This document shows, piece by piece, positions 50,491 to 53,457 of a stretch of DNA of 53,457 bases. This DNA comes from Chiloscyllium plagiosum (lineage: Eukaryota), in assembly GCF_004010195.1 (NCBI RefSeq), contig NC_057757.1:8877014-8930470 (forward strand), given 5' to 3'. The position numbers were made by a program, and so were the translations under genes. Numbering within the stretch: the first letter of the stretch is position 1; every line of letters starts with the position of its first letter. Under the pieces are notes generated by a model. That model was not told the origin of the DNA and searched no databases. It saw only the letters and a list, made by a program, of their open reading frames with translations.

Positions 50491-51170
50491 CCTGACAGAG
50501 CCTCCAATACCTCCCCATTTCCTATGACAAACTGTGTAAGTTCCTCAAAGTCCCCTTTTCCTGAATTCCATACCTACATTCTTCTTTTCTAAAACAAAGT
50601 CTGATGACAAACATTATTTTAGCCCTCTTTCATTAACTTGTAGCTTCACAAGTAGGTTGTCCCCTAGTCCTTAATGGGCCGTACTCTTTCCGGGTTAACC
50701 TCTTCGCATTTATGAAATTATAAAATAGCTTGCAATTCTCCATAATCATGTTGATAAGTCCTTTACCGTGGCCAGTTTTTGCTCTTTAATGTTGCTTTCT
50801 TAATTCCCTCTTGCACTTCCTCTTGGGCCAAAGCTAAATTGATAGCTTTGCACATGCTAAAAGCATTTCTGTTCTTCCTTATTCACTCCTGAATTGTTCT
50901 AGAATTCCAGGGTTCCCTGATCTTATATTTCCTCCTAAAGGGTAAATGTTGGGCCTGTACACACCCTAGCTTCTTTTTGAAGCTCCCGATGCTCCCAAAG
51001 CTAAAGCAAAAAATCCTGGTTCTGTGGGATCTTGACCCAACCAATTGATGCTGCTTCTGTTGTTGCAAACTTTGAAAATAAAGGGCTCACAAGCTTTTTT
51101 GCACCCTAGCTCCCAATGCTGAGCTGCCAAGTTACCCACAAGAAGCTGTTCCCAGTCCACTGTAGACAAA
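50491..51170 (-). mobile_element. 5' part of the old CR1 of unit 3
   Basis: The reverse complement matches 15750-15935 and 31130-31680. Confidence 0.78.
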
Positions 51171-51199
51171 TCCTGTGTTGCATATCGCATCAAACGCCT

Positions 51200-52500
51200 C
51201 AAAATATATGAAGATGATAACCCGCACTCTACAATATTCTTATTTTATCACGAAGAGCGATAGGCGTTGCATTTTAGATGAAATTCAATTGATCAAACGA
51301 CTCGGCTTTAAACAGAACACATTATATGTTTATACTGTAGTTAAAATACAGACAAAATCAAAATAAAAGTCTTGGATGAATTTTAACTCTATCAAAATGT
51401 TCAACAAAATAATATGTAAATTGACTGTTCCAATAAAATAACATACCATAAATGCGCCACTGTTAAAGGCAAATTCAATTAAATAGATTGTCTCTCATGC
51501 ACAATTCAACAGCAGGGACAGAAGTCCAGATTTTAGCTGTAACAGAGAGAGGAATAAGAGCTTCCACATGTTGCTCCAACACCCCAGCAATTGCAGAAAG
51601 CTAAAGCAAAAAATCCTGGTTCTGTGGGATCTTGACCCAACCAATTGATGCTGCTTCTGTTGTTGCAAACTTTGAAAATAAAGGTCTCACAAGCTTTTTT
51701 TTTATTGGCTTTGTAGCAGACTCTCCTCTGTCTCAACTCATCTTCATAAAAGAAACAGTACAAAATACATCTCTTAAAGCCATTGTAGCATCACTCTTCA
51801 TCTTTTAAATCTCCATAGAAAGGTGGTTTCATTTTCAAAATATTTAGTCTCACACTACGAGTACACGACAATGCATATACATGACATTGTTTCTCAACAT
51901 GCCAACAGTCCCAAATGCAGTCCATTTCAGTCTGTTCCATCCTGCCATTGAACGCTTCAGTCTTCCTTCATCAAAGCCATGAGAGCACAACAGTAGTTCC
52001 ATTTTCTCATTCAGCCACTTGCATAATTTTGAAATTGAGTGGTTGTGGTCATAAGCGCCATCTAAAAAGATTGGAAATTTTTATCCTTAAATTTTCTTAA
52101 AAACTTTAATGAGTTTCGTATCAGTAGATACAATTCGATCAGAAAATTACTTCAAACATAAATGTTGAAATGTTGCAATGCCAGCACAAAACTCAGTCTC
52201 CTCTTCAATTGAAGGAACATTTCTATTGCATATTATTCAATTTTCTGGAAAATTGTCCAATAGGTATTTTTATCCTCTCGCCAACTTCTTCTAAGAGTAC
52301 AACATCAACATGCCCACATTACGTTCATCAATAGCAACCTTGAATGGCTTTGTGTAATTAAGTGTGGCTAACACTGGGGCAATGGTTTACGCAGCTTTCA
52401 GGCTGGTAAATGTCTTCTGACAGTCCCTCATCCACTGTAATTTTCTGCAATTCTTCAATAAGTCAGTCAGTGGAGCAACTGCTAAAATTCAGTATGAGTT
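51200..52500 (-). mobile_element. Gmr1-type RNase H region plus 3' LTR (unit 3)
   Basis: The reverse complement matches about 29890-31100. Confidence 0.78.
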
Positions 52501-52527
52501 TGAACTAAAAAAAATTCAATCTCAAGA

Positions 52528-53457
52528 TTGCCATCGACGTCCCTGCCGATTACACTTGCAGGAAGTGCACCCATCTCCAGCTCCTCCAAGACCGTGTTAG
52601 GGAACTGGAGCTGGAGTTGGATGAACTTCGGATCATTCGGGAGGCAGAGGGGGTCATAGATCAGAGTTATAGGGAAGTAGTAACTCCAAAGATGGCAGAT
52701 AGATGGGTGACAGTGAGGGGGACAGGGAGGAAGCAGCCAGTGCAGGGACCCCCTGCGGCCATTCCCCTCAAGAACAAGTATACCGTTTTGGATACTTGTG
52801 GGGGGGATGACTTACCAGGGGTAAGTAACGGGGCTCAGGTCTCTGGCACGGAGCCTGTCCCCGTTACTCAGAAGGGAAGGGTGAAGAAGAGCAGAGCAGT
52901 AGTAATTGGGGACTCGATAGTTAGGGGCACAAATAGGCGGTTTTGTGGGAACGAGAGAGACTCACATTTGGTATGTTGCCTCCCAGGTGCAAGGGTACGT
53001 GATGTCTCTGATAGTGTTTTCCGGGTCCTGGAAGGGGAGGGGGAGCAGCCCGAAGTCGTGGTCCACATTGGCACCAACGACATAGGTAGGAGGAGTGCAG
53101 AGGATGTTAGACAGGCTTTCAGGGAGCTAGGTTGGAAGCTTGGAGTTAGAACAAACAGAGTTGTTGCCTCTGGTTTGTTACCCGTGCCACGTGATAGAGA
53201 TTCGAGGAATAGGGAAAGAGAACACTTAAATGCGTGGCTACAGGGATGGTGCAGGAGGGAGGGATTCCGGCTTTTGGATAACTGGGGTTCTTTCTGGGGA
53301 CGGTGGGACCTCTATAAACAGGATGGTCTACACCTGAACCTGAGGGGCACCAGTATCCTTGGGGGGAGGTTCGCTAGTGCTCTTCGGGGGGGTTTAAACT
53401 AACTCTGCAGGGGCATGGGAACCCAGATTGTAGCTACAGGGTGCAGGGCCTGGAGTG
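52528..53457 (+). mobile_element. Young CR1 LINE; ORF1 with partial zinc finger, coiled coil and SGNH esterase (open to 53402), running off the window
   Basis: DYTCRKC..LQDRVRELELELDEL upstream in frame; GDSIVRG, CLPGARVRDV, HIGTNDI, DGLHLN; CpG-rich with no stops. Confidence 0.92.

Noticed and set aside
52617..53402. Host or horizontally acquired GDSL/SGNH esterase gene
   Set aside because: The zinc finger, coiled coil and esterase layout is standard CR1 ORF1, and a decayed copy of the same region lies at about 33620-33770.

Overview
Repeat-rich vertebrate DNA, most likely a shark or other cartilaginous fish (HE1-type tRNA-derived SINEs, CR1 LINEs, Penelope-like elements, Gmr1-type LTR retrotransposon fossils). 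The core of the window is a locally triplicated segment carrying a two-exon class A GPCR of the GPR139/GPR142-like type. Copy 1 (minus strand, exons 25380-25311 and 21211-20301, 326 aa) looks intact and has candidate TATA, CRE and poly(A) motifs. Copy 2 (minus, 39738-35163) is a pseudogene with a CR1 inserted in exon 2 and a 3.9-kb LINE inserted in its promoter. Copy 3 lies in an inverted unit (about 45415-52500), has lost exon 1, and is split by a ~3.7-kb internal inversion (46795-50490). The left part holds a Penelope RT fragment, a decayed NLR-like LRR exon, and a satellite block (33-bp and ~29-bp units) that switches orientation. Several Penelope termini carry minimal hammerhead-ribozyme motifs. 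All calls come from reading the sequence by eye; family names rest on recalled motifs, not database searches, and TE boundaries are approximate unless a target-site duplication (TSD) is quoted.
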